The notes beneath the pieces were generated by a model. The model ran no database searches, was not told the origin of the DNA, and saw nothing but the letters and a program-made list of their open reading frames with translations. A program made the translations under genes and the position numbers. From Fistulifera solaris (Eukaryota): a DNA stretch of 64,000 nt. Positions 35,494 to 47,797 of this stretch are shown here, one piece after another. Each line of letters begins with the position of its first letter. Positions within the stretch are counted from its first letter, which is position 1. The stretch covers positions 1 to 64,000 of the forward strand of contig AP026130.1 in assembly GCA_030295235.1 (NCBI GenBank). Direction: 5' to 3'.

Positions 35494-36324
35494 ATGATAG
35501 ACGAAAACGACGCAGTAGTTCCCTATATCGATCATTCGAGGGATACGCCGAAACCAGGGCTTCGCGATCGTGCAAAGACTTGGTTTTTGAATCGTTTGTA
35601 CGGAATGCTCGAAGATGCCGACGCTCACAACATTGTTCATATTATTTCATGGCAAAAACACAGTCGCAGTTTCGTTATTCACGACAACAAGAAACTACAG
35701 GCGATTCTTCCTAATTATTTTAATATCACCAAAACTTCGAGCTTTCTGAGGCAGCTCAATATTTACGGCTTCTCTCGCATCGTTCACGGACCGGATGCTG
35801 GAGGGTACTATCACGAACGCTTTCTGCGGGGTATGAGATGGCTGGCCCAAACGATTACGCCCTTCAAGGTAAAAGGAACAGGAATTCGTCAAAAATCAAA
35901 GCCCCATCCTGATTTTAGCATCATGGCACCGATCATTCTTCCGTCTTCCAAGCAGCATGAGGCACAGTCTCACTTGACTCAAGAAGTAGCGCCTCAGGGG
36001 TCGTCACTACCGCGCTCGCTTTCGGTTGTTTCAAACGAGGAAGATCACTGGATGGTTCCGGCTTTCAACATGCCTATGCTCGGATCAGTCCAAGGCAGTC
36101 TGAGTCATCTGGTGGACACCACGCCGCTGATGGAAGAGTTGATCTCCGGAGAACCACAAACTGTTGATCATGTCGACTATTCCAAAACGACAGAAGAACT
36201 TGACTGGCATTGGGAAGAAGATGATGTGCAATCTGCCATGTATGACTTAGTTCATAAGCCTGCTGGCATCAGTTTTGACCGATTTCTACAAGATCTGGCT
36301 TTTGAAGAAAGGAATCAGAATTAG
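35494..36324 (+). CDS. Heat-shock-factor (HSF) DNA-binding domain transcription factor
   Basis: FLNRLYGML..IISW..SFVIHD..LPNYF..SSFLRQLNIYGFSR..YYHERFLRG. Confidence 0.9.
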   Translation: MIDENDAVVPYIDHSRDTPKPGLRDRAKTWFLNRLYGMLEDADAHNIVHIISWQKHSRSFVIHDNKKLQAILPNYFNITKTSSFLRQLNIYGFSRIVHGPDAGGYYHERFLRGMRWLAQTITPFKVKGTGIRQKSKPHPDFSIMAPIILPSSKQHEAQSHLTQEVAPQGSSLPRSLSVVSNEEDHWMVPAFNMPMLGSVQGSLSHLVDTTPLMEELISGEPQTVDHVDYSKTTEELDWHWEEDDVQSAMYDLVHKPAGISFDRFLQDLAFEERNQN

Positions 36325-36549
36325 GTTATTTGTAGAATGATAATAATGTACATGAAACGATTTTTGGTATGTAAAAATGACCTTTTGAATCTTAGTTAAG
36401 CTGGTAAATGAAACTTGCGCCTCTATGTGCAGTTGGTGACGCATCGAGTAATTACAATATATACAGCAGGCGTTCCAGCCCACTAATCCCTGTGGACCGA
36501 TTAAAATAGGGAAACGATGCTTCGACTACGACATCTTTTGATGGAAGAG

Positions 36550-37000
36550 CTAGTCAGTCATAACGATGTCTCCTCTGCGAACATCGACATCATTGTTGAC
36601 AGAAAAGTCTTCATCTCGAGCCGTTTCGGACAAATCCGAGGCAAAATATAAGCATCTTACGAGACCACTGTGGTGGCCATGTGGATAGTTTGCCTGACGA
36701 TTGTGAGGGGCGTAATGCACGTTTAACTGCTCACGCACGTGCCTCCAACAATCGTTTCTTGATAGAGTGTTGCTGTGACTGACGATCATTTGTTTGCCAT
36801 CCAATACAAGGGAACCCGCAAAGAGCCGAATCGACCGAGCTCGAATCAAAACTATCAGAGAGCCATGTTTGAGTACAAACACCCATGTTCTTCCGTTCAT
36901 TCGCTTCGAACTCTTCCATGTTTTCTTTTGCTGATTCCAGAGCCTTCGTGGCTGGGCCCAGATGTAGCCTTGCTTCAATGTTGCTCCGCTTTCTAGCCAT
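36550..37000 (-). CDS. Small hypothetical protein, possibly frameshifted
   Basis: ATG ORF 37000-36731 overlapping ORF 36978-36550; no motif. Confidence 0.3.
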
Positions 37001-37764
37001 CGATTGCTGCTATTCGATTTGTAATTACAATGTGTTCAAACTTTTTGTTGATGTTGGAAGTCGTTGTTGCAATAAATAGGCTTCAAGAGCAGATTAGTCG
37101 CCATTATCATGCATAGCTTATTGGCCCTTGTGATGAAGGGCAGCTGACAAATACGGAAGTTTTACCAAAGAACCTCAACCGGTGCTCAAATTCATTGGCA
37201 ATTCAAACGAGGAACACTGCTCGCCTTCTGCACTTTCCGAGCGTTTGTTCCGTCACGCGTATCATTTCGTTCTTCGAAAGAAACAATTCTTTTTTCTTCC
37301 GCGAGTTTCGATACGTTCGGTCCTGTTTCTCGCGGTAAAAAATTGTACACTGAACGGAAATAGGAGTGAGTCAGCAGTCAGCAATCGTCAGGTTTGACAT
37401 ACAACGCATGACTGGAAGCCAAGTACCGGTACCAGGTACCAGGGACCGGAACAGTCCCGGAAACTGGTAAGGATTGTGCTTGATTATCTAGAACCTGGTC
37501 CTCTAGTCACGAGCTGTGTGCATCAAAAGGCGAAAGCAACACAAATGACAAAGTTAGCCATCCTATAGGAGTGCGCCGCCAACTAACAATCGGGCCTTTT
37601 ATTGTCTGGAGCGATTTGAGCGCGCAGTTCGAACCGAACACACATTCGATTGGCGATACAATGTTTTCAGTGCAAAGCAAGCTGGGGTTAAACACATCAA
37701 GCTCCAGATGTAGAAGATCGGGTTTGTTTTCGACTTGACTGCCGAATGTTGATTAGAAGCGGCG

Positions 37765-38661
37765 TTATCCGAGCACACCGCTCTGCAAACACAGTTCGTA
37801 TACGTTCGGGCGGAAATGATACAAGTAATACTCCAGTTTTCCCTTCGCTACCGCCTGTTCAACTGTGTCAGCAGCTGGATCTTGTAGTTTTGCCACCCAT
37901 TCTCGAACTTGTGTGCGAGCTGCCTCGACACGAGTTTCATCTTCGACGACCATTTCAACTTCACCCACTGCATGACCAAAGTCAGTCTCGTCCAAATCGA
38001 CTGCGACGTCTAAAAAGGTCCATGACGTTCGTCGAGTATAGATTCTGGCAAAAGGTAGAAGCTGCGAGGATAGCATATTGTTTGGGATTTTTGGTATTGT
38101 GTGATTGCGAAACATCTCTGAATTGTCGTCGATGAAGCATCCCTCGCCATGAGCCGCAATATCTGGCGGTGAGAGACAAGACGCAGCCTTTTCCAATGCA
38201 GATATGCCTTCAAGCTCTACGTAAACAGTCATCAAAGGGGTCCCCAAATCATTACGCGAATTCCTTTTGCTTTGTTGTCCTATTTTGATTTGCCACTGAC
38301 TGATGTCATCGGCATCGCCGTGAATTTCCGGCTGACGGCAACGAAGCCACATGTTTTTCTGCAATAATTGCAGTGAAGAGGTATCGAAGTACCAATCGGT
38401 CATCTCCACGCACTGTTGTCTTTCAAATCCCCATTGCATTAGACGTTTTTCGATGTCATGCGGCACGACAAACTTCTCCTCTATTTCAATAGTAGACGAC
38501 GTGGTTGCAGGAATCGCTTCTGATTTCATTGTAACAAGATATTTGGAAAGATTATGCCGATATTTTTGGGATTTGCGCCCGAAAGATGCGCTGCGAAAAG
38601 CTCGCACCGATAGAGTTGTCGTGGCGATGCAAATGCTCGCGGATGCTGAAAAGGCCTTCAT
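37765..38661 (-). CDS. CYTH-domain protein, thiamine-triphosphatase-like
   Basis: EIEEKF (ExExK), DWYFDT, WLRCR, DLDETDFGHAVGEVEMVV, GKLEYYL. Confidence 0.85.
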   Translation of the reverse strand: MKAFSASASICIATTTLSVRAFRSASFGRKSQKYRHNLSKYLVTMKSEAIPATTSSTIEIEEKFVVPHDIEKRLMQWGFERQQCVEMTDWYFDTSSLQLLQKNMWLRCRQPEIHGDADDISQWQIKIGQQSKRNSRNDLGTPLMTVYVELEGISALEKAASCLSPPDIAAHGEGCFIDDNSEMFRNHTIPKIPNNMLSSQLLPFARIYTRRTSWTFLDVAVDLDETDFGHAVGEVEMVVEDETRVEAARTQVREWVAKLQDPAADTVEQAVAKGKLEYYLYHFRPNVYELCLQSGVLG

Positions 38662-38999
38662 GAAATACCCTACACACTCTCGGACCTCTCTTGATGCTTA
38701 TGTGATAAGTCTGAAAGTGTAGATGAATGATGAACGTCGAATTACCAACGATGATGTTTCTAATTAATTACCTGGTATGTAGTCTACTCACTCGCCGTCG
38801 ATGCAATGAGACGCAGAAACCGCAAGATGAAAACGGCGGGTACCGCTGCGTCGAAAACATATACTTCTTGTCCTTGAACGAAAAACAATCAAGATACCTT
38901 TCGACCTTGCTTTCGACAAGATAAACACATGTAGTTGATGTGTATCATTATTTAAACATAGCTTGCATAGTTTCATAAAGAGAGAAGGAACCGTATTGC

Positions 39000-39614
39000 T
39001 CAAGGCTTTGGAATGTCCTGCACTTTTAAACGCTCCGATTGATCAGGCGATCGGATTATTCGAGGAGGCAGACGATGCTTCAGAGGTGACACATTATCGA
39101 CTCCATCGATCCAACGATTGCGGGGAGCGATCATATCTTGTATATCTGGGTCAGAGGGCTTTCGCGTAATTTGTTTCCGCGGAGAAACGTCCCGGTCGTC
39201 GCCGGATTCCCAGCGATTATGGGAAGGCACGATCTTCATTTGCACAACTTGCTCCAAGAAAGCCATGTCGACGCTATCGATAGAGCTGTCGTCATCATCG
39301 CTCCCACCACAATCACTTTCCGATATGTCACTGATTGACGTTGAATCTACCATGTCGTCCGGAACTTCAAGAGAAAAGATTCTCCGAGGAGATTCGTCGA
39401 TTGATAACTCATCGCAAATTTGAATCGATACACCCGACGGTCTGTTGCGACGTCTGGACGAGGCCATGTCGTGCCAGTTTCTGCAAATGGAGACATCCGT
39501 AGAACAAGGAGGAATATCGACGACATGTCCTCGATTAGACTTGATGAAAACTTGTTGAAGAGATGACGGTATTCTCGTACAGATAATCGGAGGAGGATGA
39601 TTGCCTCTGGGCAT
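39000..39614 (-). CDS. Uncharacterised family member 1 (TRIP..LQ..F..SNRG..CRNW)
   Basis: Shared N-terminal motif with 40499 and 43474 genes. Confidence 0.75.
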   Translation of the reverse strand: MPRGNHPPPIICTRIPSSLQQVFIKSNRGHVVDIPPCSTDVSICRNWHDMASSRRRNRPSGVSIQICDELSIDESPRRIFSLEVPDDMVDSTSISDISESDCGGSDDDDSSIDSVDMAFLEQVVQMKIVPSHNRWESGDDRDVSPRKQITRKPSDPDIQDMIAPRNRWIDGVDNVSPLKHRLPPRIIRSPDQSERLKVQDIPKP

Positions 39615-40498
39615 CCTGTCGTATCCCCACTATCCCTCTGAGTTTCTTTGAAGTCTAAGCTGATAATAAAGAGATTTGTTTACTTTGAAAAAAAGTGGAT
39701 TGAATGGAGAGGTGGCGGAGAGCCGAAGTTGCTGGTTGTCACTTTTTGTTGTTGGTTTTCTACTCTCACAATGTTTGATCGAGACAACGACAACCTATAA
39801 TGTACGATTTATGCCACGTCGTCGAAGAACATGCATCAGGGCAATTAGGAAACAGTGAACGAGAACGAGTGTCGTTCGCTTCTAATTAGTTGGTACCGCT
39901 CTCAGTTGCTCTAAGATTTAGCGTACAAGGATCTTTCCGTTCAATCCTTTCCATATGCCCACAATTCTTCTTCTTTCAAAGTATTTCAGGCAGTCGAAAA
40001 GCCCGAAACCCAAAACCCAAAACCCAAGACCCAAGACTCTTTGTATGTTGTACCCCGTAGTCCGTAGTAGTTGTAGCAGGCACGGAGTATGTTCTTTCTA
40101 TTTCGAATTGGAAATAATCTAAAACTCTAACTCGAGTCTCTCTTTGCCTCTTGAGTTTTGAGATTTCCTCTCTTCACAGTCTAAAGTGAGAGTGACGACT
40201 TTAAGCTCTTAAACTTTAGGTCAGAGAGAATTTATATTCTAAGGTCCCTAATAGTTTCGTTAAAAACGAGACTCTAGAGAGTGCTCTGATTTATCAGACA
40301 AACAATCGAATAACTAATGAGGTTGTTCACAAAAGGAAATGATAAGCTGTTGACTCGAATTTACGATCGCCTTTATTCTTCTTCAAGTCCTATTAGTATT
40401 ATGCGTCGACAGAGAACATAGAAAATTACGGGGTGATTTGACTAAGCATTTTGATTATGAATTCGTTCGAGTCGTCGATGTGAAGACTCTTCTTTAAC

Positions 40499-41098
40499 TT
40501 ATGATGTAACGGTTTCGGTCGGGAATACTCGGGGACTTTTGAGTGGGGATAGCAAGCGAGAAGATGGCATGCATTGTGGAGGTGAGTCGTTGCTGGCGTT
40601 TCTCCAGCGACTAGTGGTTCGTCGTGTTTTGATCCGGGGTAAAGAGCTTGGAGTAGCTTCCCATCTGCTAAGTAGAGGTACGGCGGTTCTAGATGGTTCG
40701 GATTGTGTTCCACAGTACGCTTTCAGCTCATCCAGCAAGATCAAATCACAGGAGTCGACCGAACTGTTCAAAAAGTCACTCGATGAATTGCACAAACAGT
40801 CGTCGCGAAGAGAATCCACGAATTCGATGCTGGAAAGTGAGTCCAATCCATCGGAAGGAACATCAAAGCATGCAGATCGTTTCAATTTGGATCGCGTAGA
40901 TACTTCTTTCCAGTTTCGGCATATTGAAGCTACAGCAGATGGAGGTGGGACATTTACCGTCTCGCCACGGTTGGATGCTAAGAATACCAACTGCAAGCCG
41001 GGAGGGATACGAGTTTTAATGATCGGAGCAAGTTTCCCGCTGTATTCATTTTTCAGAGCGGATTTCACGGATTGCTGCACCAAGGTGAGAGAATTCAT
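40499..41098 (-). CDS. Uncharacterised family member 2
   Basis: PIIKTRIPPGLQLVFLASNRGETVNVPP..ICRNWKE. Confidence 0.75.
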   Translation of the reverse strand: MNSLTLVQQSVKSALKNEYSGKLAPIIKTRIPPGLQLVFLASNRGETVNVPPPSAVASICRNWKEVSTRSKLKRSACFDVPSDGLDSLSSIEFVDSLRDDCLCNSSSDFLNSSVDSCDLILLDELKAYCGTQSEPSRTAVPLLSRWEATPSSLPRIKTRRTTSRWRNASNDSPPQCMPSSRLLSPLKSPRVFPTETVTS

Positions 41099-43473
41099 TG
41101 TCAACAATAACAAGTGGTGGACACTATATGAGCAGATCAATGTTTTGAGTTTTGAATTGATCTTGCAGCTTTGGATTTCTACGCTTGTCGGATGATGTGG
41201 CTGGAAAATCATCATCATTCAATCGGAACATTTATGACGTGTGAAGTGTCCGGTGTCCGACAATTCCGAAATGACTGCTTTTAATCCGGTTAATCCTCAC
41301 CATTTTGAATACCGGATAGTCCGTCCTCCCCACCGAAATAGTTCGTCCGTCACCCGTATATCAGAAGCTGAAATCGCGCGAGCAAGCTCCAACGTTTGTT
41401 TGTCGTTGATGTCTAAGTAAACTTTTTTACTTAGACAAATTTAAAACGGTCGTTCGACGTTTCATTTTTCACCCGATCAGCAACAACAGCAACACAAAAT
41501 CAAGCGTCGTCATAAAAAACAATCGTCGTCGTTTAATTATCAATTATCAAACATTTTTTGGAAACCACAGGCAAATGGAAGAAAGAAAGAGAGATACTGA
41601 CGGCAAAAGGAGTAAGTTAGCATCCATCGCCCCGTGTCTCTTCTAATGTCCTCAGACTCACACACCTTTGTTTCTGAATGCAGGCTATAGACCGTTCGGC
41701 CATCTTGATCTACCGGGACGGAAAATGAGAACGCGTTTGATGCATGATGCGGCATGGATTGTGACGGGAGACGGGAGAAGCACTAAGGATGTTTTCGTCA
41801 CTAGTCACTACTCGAGCGGAGGTCTGCATGTTTGTTTCCAGAAAGGCGTTATTGTTCTCTCTGAAAGTCGTTCAAGCCTTGTTCATTGCTAAATCGCTCA
41901 ATGGTTTGGCAGATCAGTCAAATATGATCTTGATGCGTTGAGAAAGTCCGCCATTTTCAGTATTTTGTTTGCGTTGATTGCCAGAGCTTGACTGTCGTGT
42001 GCCTTCAATGATCAGCAGTCGACTTTCAATACTTTCCTCAGTAGTACCAGGTAGACTTCATCGCTTTTGTAGCTTAAAACTGTAGAAATAGTAAAGTTTT
42101 TAAACAATCAGTCTCGAACATCATAATAGGCTTATCTTGTTTTTCTAATCAACGATTGATTTAACATACAGAATTTCTGTTTGATGAATATAAACCAGAC
42201 AGAATTTCCGTGTATCCGCAATGACAAAATCAGAAGTTCAGTAGCCTTATACGCAACGACGCAACATACAGAGTTTGCATTATGACAACTACTCTGTTTT
42301 CTAAAAAATAGCTATTATATGTCAGTTATCCATTTGATTAATCAATTTTGGTGAGAGTGAGGCGTGAAAGGAATAGAGTAACCGCAAGACTGCGATATGC
42401 TTTCGAGCACAAATGACCTCTACTCGACGGCACATCAACCGATGAAAAGCGATCTCAATAATCGTTATGTTGGCGATTGACGCATAACTGATGGGCGATA
42501 CACCATCAACCATCAATAACCGGGTGATTCAACACGGACATCAAACAGAAAACGAGAGCTTCGAAAGACTTGCAATCAAACGGCCGAGTGATACGCCTAT
42601 TCAACTTTACCAAACAAACAAACAAGCAAGGAAGCCACGAGCCAGTGATGAGAAATTCATCATCTATCGTCCGCCATTTAGAGCGTGGGCCCAAGCGATA
42701 TGAACAATATGTTTCGACGTGGCCACTGCTGAAAACAGAGAAATCGACTTCCATGGTGAGTGCTTTGCAATGCAAATGCCATTGCACGAAACAAAACTGT
42801 ACGCGAACCGCTGAATAACTGTGAACGTTTTGTGGTTTACCTGGTACGGAGTATAATTATTTAGACTATGATCCTCGAACGGAGACGAAAAAATGAGAGT
42901 GAGAGGTGTGAGGTGTGACGATTTTTGCAACAAACAAAAGCTGATGTTGGAGCGCCCGTCGGCTCTTTCATTCGAAAAACAAACGGTGGTAGCGAGCGGG
43001 CCGGGCCAAAAGGCTTCAAACAAAATACATCTGAAAAGTTACACGTGGCAAAATTTGTTAACATCAATCAATGTCGTAGTGACATGTCTTACGGTACTAA
43101 ACTGGTGAGGATTAACCGGATTAGGGGAAAATGGAAAATGCCACTCTAAAAAACCGTGTTGTCTCTGGACTATGGACCACCCCTGTCCTATGACCGGACG
43201 GTGACCGCAGACCGCAGACCAAGGAACGATGTCCCGATTATGGCGCATACAGTAGTTTTATCAGAAAACCAGACTTCGGCTTTTGGCTACCAATTCTGTT
43301 TCGGTTCCAAATGCCAACTAGCCTACAGTACCAGTACAAGTATCAACGATCAGCGATCAGCGTCAAAATAAACACAAAATAAACATAATTCGAACGAATA
43401 TCAATTGAAAATAGGCCGTTGGCGTCGCACGCAAGAAAAGGAACAACAGGCTTGCTCTAGAAAAAATTAAAAT

Positions 43474-44166
43474 CTAGCATAATCTCTTTAAAAGATTGGT
43501 TGTTTCTTGTTTCATCAAGAGGACGGCTTCAACCCCATTTGGTTTTGAAGACTTAATCGGAGATTCATATCTTTGAGGCATGGAATTGTCATTTTCGCCT
43601 TTGGTTTCAATAACATTCCAACGGTCAGCAGACTCTTGCTGGCGGTAAATAACATTGCTTTGTAAACTGGCAATCTCTTGCAAGAAACACATATCGGAGC
43701 TATCAATCGTACTATCTCCCAACGACCATTCAGAGTTTGAATAGTCTTCATCCGATTCGTCCGACCATTCGGTTTCGGAGAGTTCAGATATTATTGTTGC
43801 CGTGGTATTTGCTGTCTGTTCATGTTGGCTGTGCGCTTGTTGTATCGAAGCTATTGTATCAGAGTGTCTCGTGTTGGTGCAGCTTTCGCCATCATCGAGG
43901 TCCGCTAAAATGTCGTCACCACAAGCTCCAAATGAATCATTATGGCTTGAGATCGAGTGATCGTCCGTAAGATCGAATGAGGCACATGTGGGTAGAACTT
44001 TACTCTTGTGAGCAACCCTTTCTTCGTGCCAGTTGCGGCATAGATGGGAAATGGAAGCATCCGGAGGAACATCTACGGATTCACCCCGGTTTGCTGCAAG
44101 AAATATTTGTTGCAAAGCAGCTGGAATTCTTGTGTGGATTATAGGAGGAGGCAGTGTCTTGTTCAT
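43474..44166 (-). CDS. Uncharacterised family member 3
   Basis: PPIIHTRIPAALQQIFLAANRGESVDVPP..LCRNWHE. Confidence 0.75.
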   Translation of the reverse strand: MNKTLPPPIIHTRIPAALQQIFLAANRGESVDVPPDASISHLCRNWHEERVAHKSKVLPTCASFDLTDDHSISSHNDSFGACGDDILADLDDGESCTNTRHSDTIASIQQAHSQHEQTANTTATIISELSETEWSDESDEDYSNSEWSLGDSTIDSSDMCFLQEIASLQSNVIYRQQESADRWNVIETKGENDNSMPQRYESPIKSSKPNGVEAVLLMKQETTNLLKRLC

Positions 44167-44864
44167 TGTTTATGTGTAGATGGGTAAATTGTTCCAGTGC
44201 AAATTTTTGTGAATTGTGAAGACTGCGCAGCAGTTCTTATGGACTAAAAAGTGAACGCAATCAACGGCCTGACGTGTGACGTGGTGCGAAGAATCACCGA
44301 GTAAAAGAGTTTGTGTACAACAAACTCTGCGGAACATTATGGTGTGCTCTCACGGCGAGTACAACCCAGAGAATGACGTAAATAGCGTTCCTTATCGACT
44401 ATCGACCCGTTGGTTGTTAGGTTCGCATTTCGCATTTTAGCTTTATTATAGCATTCGGAGGACAACGAGAGAAGATTGAAGATAATAACAAAGCGCTTCG
44501 CGAAGAATGATGGGAAAGTCCGTCCGAAAACCTAGCTCTAAGTATCATCGTCAGGAAGGAACTTATGAAAAGGAACACAAAATAATGAAGCCAATGCCCT
44601 GTCGTTTTAATAAAAAAAATATGTCAGCTCGACCAAGAGGTATATTGGCTCGACGACGCATTATAGTTAGCATCCAAGACTTGCGCAAATCGAATGCAGT
44701 CTCAATGGGTCTATAGCGACGCCAAATTAGGTAGCGAACAGAATGCGTGGCTGTCGATTTCAAAACTATTCTCCTTTAAAAGCAAAAGAGAGTTCGTGAA
44801 AAAGCATCTCAATCAAAAGTATTTTGGCGCGTTTGACCTGATTTGATTCGACTCCAGCTCCACG

Positions 44865-45776
44865 CTACGATAAGTCCTTTCGCAGATACAACAGCGCAAC
44901 GCCATCCACAAAATAGATACTATCTTTCCAGGCCATACCACCATCAAATGTAAAGGGAGTGTCTTCTTTGGGGACGATGCGATAGCCCATGGACTGATAT
45001 AAACGTTGCGCTACCGAATATTGCGCATCGCAATGCAAGTGAAGGCTGGTGCAACCCGTTCGCTGCGCGGCGATTCCTTCGGTCGCGGAAACTAATACCT
45101 TGGCCAGGCCGCGACGTCGGAAGGAGGGTTCGATTAGCAGGTTACCGATCCACGCTTCCATAGGTGTCCCAGTAACCTGACAATACATCCTTTTGAGTGG
45201 TAACGGAATCGGGACGGCAGGAGGAATGCGGTCGGGTAGCACTGGCTGCCAACTCACTTCAATCATTCCTATGACACGCGGTGTTGATTGTTGACACGTG
45301 TGCTGAGTCGCCACAAGTATCGTATGATCTTTTTCAAGTACGGACGAGTCGAGAACTAATTTCATACGCATCGTACTGTCAATCAACCGTTGCAACCACC
45401 ATTGATCGAGCTGATCGGCAAAATTGGTCCGATTCTTCTTTCCGTATTCTTCCATACAAAGGTCAACAATATCATTCAAGTCTTGAATATCCATTTTCTT
45501 TAAAGTGATTGTCGAGTCGTTACTGGCGTTGATGACAAACGGAAGCTGTAAACTAGAAGACGTCAATTGCTTTATTCGCTCCGGTGTAGCGTAGCTGTTC
45601 GATATTCTTTGACGCTGTTCTTCTCGTGCTCGAAAGAAAAGGCAGCGTTGCGTCGTTTCCTTCCGCTTTTCTCGATTGAAAGAAACAAAAGAGGAGGGTT
45701 GTTGCGGTAGCAGAAAAGCATCATGAAGAATGCACTGACTCAAGAGAACGAACAGTATTCTCAGAAGAGGAGTCAT
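44865..45776 (-). CDS. GNAT-family acetyltransferase, plastid-type presequence (paralog 1)
   Basis: Signal ..HDA|F; IGNLLIEPSFRRRGLAKVL acetyl-CoA motif A; AQRLYQSMGY. Confidence 0.85.
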   Translation of the reverse strand: MTPLLRILFVLLSQCILHDAFLLPQQPSSFVSFNREKRKETTQRCLFFRAREEQRQRISNSYATPERIKQLTSSSLQLPFVINASNDSTITLKKMDIQDLNDIVDLCMEEYGKKNRTNFADQLDQWWLQRLIDSTMRMKLVLDSSVLEKDHTILVATQHTCQQSTPRVIGMIEVSWQPVLPDRIPPAVPIPLPLKRMYCQVTGTPMEAWIGNLLIEPSFRRRGLAKVLVSATEGIAAQRTGCTSLHLHCDAQYSVAQRLYQSMGYRIVPKEDTPFTFDGGMAWKDSIYFVDGVALLYLRKDLS

Positions 45777-46199
45777 GATTGTTTTATTTTTTGTTTCTTC
45801 CTTCGCGGGGGCCGACAGGTGGATTTCAGTACAGCGACCACGAATAGTACCGTTGATAATTATCGATGAATCGATTGGGAATGTTATAAGCAATAAGCAA
45901 CAACGAAAGAGGATTTTGACGGTTGTGTATTACTGAGTAATTGCATCGATCGCACGCGTTTCCATACAACGCGCATAAGAAACAATGCGAGCTACAGTGT
46001 GTCCCGTAACAAGAATTAATGGCTATGTTTCAAAAAGTAGACTACTGACTGCAAGATTGCAAATTAGTTAGTCACGAGTTGTGACTTTCCCGACTCAAAC
46101 TTTAGGGCGAATAGGAAATACCTAGTTTACAAACGGTGATAGAAATAGATTTCGTAATTTGTTTTTGCAGTGCATTGCTGCATTTAGCACGCTCTACAA

Positions 46200-46720
46200 A
46201 AAGAAGCCGTTCGAGGGAGTACTTTGCTGAGCGCAACTTGTGCCAGTGAGTTTTAAGTGCCCCAGTCGCGACATCCTTCCACGCGCAAAGATGTTGATCG
46301 AAAGTCGGCGCATTAAAGAACATGTAAGTCATGGAATTGGCTGAAGCCGTGTCCCAATCAGCAATGTCTTGGTTGAAGGCCAAGGCGTTCGTAAACATGG
46401 CCGACATGCTGGTAACCTTTTCCGTATCCCAATCGCTTATATCCTGATTGACCAAAAACATGGTTTCCATAGTGGTGACTGCATTTGTGTTCCAATCACC
46501 AATGTCTTGTTTGAAGGCCGAAGCTTCGGAAATCATGCTACGCATGTTGGTGAACTTTCCCGTATCCCATCCGCCAATGTCTTGATTAAATGCTACCGCA
46601 CCATCGAACATCCCAGCCATATCCGTGACTTTTGGCGGTGTTCCATTTACTGATATCTTGGTCAAAAGCGGCTGCGTCGTGAAACATCGAAGCCATCGTC
46701 AGCACGGACGACGTATCAAC
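46200..46720 (-). pseudogene. DUF285/BspA-like (PARCEL) 25-aa repeat fragment
   Basis: Repeats WDTxKVTxMxxMFxxAxxFNQDIxx; frameshift ~46640, truncated unit, no proper N-terminus. Confidence 0.7.
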
Positions 46721-46855
46721 TGAAAAGCGTGGCTCTTGATTCCGAATCTTCTCTGCTTTAGAAACAAAAAGACTTCCTGGAGCTGACTTCTGTCGTAATG
46801 ACTTCACGGAAGACAGTGTTGACCAAAAGTATATCGGTGCTTCTGGTATGATTAT

Positions 46856-47797
46856 TTAATACTTCGACTCAATAGTCCCACGCCACGAAAAGTCTTTTCG
46901 TAAATGCAAAAGCGCAATTCCGTCAATAAAGTAAATACAATCTTCCCAGGCAATATCGCCATCAAATGTAAGCGGAGTGTTTTCTTTGGAAACAATGCGA
47001 AATTCCATGGATTGATACAACCGTTTCGCTGCCGGATACAGAAAATCGCAATGCAAGTGAAGGCTGGTGCAACCAGTACGCTGTGTGGCTATACCTTCTG
47101 TGGCGGCAACTAATAATTTAGCCAAACCGCGACGTCGAAAGGAGGGCTCGATCCACAGATTGCTGACCCATACTTCCATGGGTGTTCCAGTAAACTGACA
47201 ATAGATCCTTTTCAGCAATAACGGGATCGGCACAGCGGAAGGAAGGCGGTGGGGCAGCACTGGTTGCCAACTCAATTCAATCCTTCCAATGACACGCGAA
47301 GTTGATTGTTGAAAAGTGTGCTGAGTTACCACAAAAACGGTGTAATCTTTTTCGAGTGGAGAAGCGTCAAGCGCTAACTTCATGCGCATCGTGCTTTTTA
47401 AGACTAATTGCCACCACCATTGATAGAGATGTTCGGCCAACTTTGTACCATCTTTCATTCCGTAGTCTCTCATACGTAGGTCAACGATAGCATTCAAGTC
47501 TTGAGGCTCCATTTTCCGTACAGTTATTGTCGAGTTGTCATTGGCGTCGATGACGAATGGAAGCTGCAATTGAGAAGATGCCAATTGCTGAATTCGCTCC
47601 GGTGTGGCGTAGCTGTTCGATATTTGTTGTCGCTGTTCTTCTCTCGCTCGAAAGAAAAGTGAGCATTGTGTTTTTGCGGTTAGATTTCCGTGAAAAACAG
47701 ATTGATAAGAGAATTCGCGTGGCACTTGGAAAGCGTCGTGACGAATGCACTGAACCAACAAAATAAACAAAATATTCCGAAGAGGAGGAGGAGTCAT
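46856..47797 (-). CDS. GNAT-family acetyltransferase (paralog 2)
   Basis: Closely similar to 44865-45776; VSNLWIEPSFRRRGLAKLL. Confidence 0.85.
   Translation of the reverse strand: MTPPPLRNILFILLVQCIRHDAFQVPREFSYQSVFHGNLTAKTQCSLFFRAREEQRQQISNSYATPERIQQLASSQLQLPFVIDANDNSTITVRKMEPQDLNAIVDLRMRDYGMKDGTKLAEHLYQWWWQLVLKSTMRMKLALDASPLEKDYTVFVVTQHTFQQSTSRVIGRIELSWQPVLPHRLPSAVPIPLLLKRIYCQFTGTPMEVWVSNLWIEPSFRRRGLAKLLVAATEGIATQRTGCTSLHLHCDFLYPAAKRLYQSMEFRIVSKENTPLTFDGDIAWEDCIYFIDGIALLHLRKDFSWRGTIESKY

Noticed and set aside
41500..43400. Several short ORFs in the intergenic region
   Set aside because: No recognisable motif, splice pattern or codon bias
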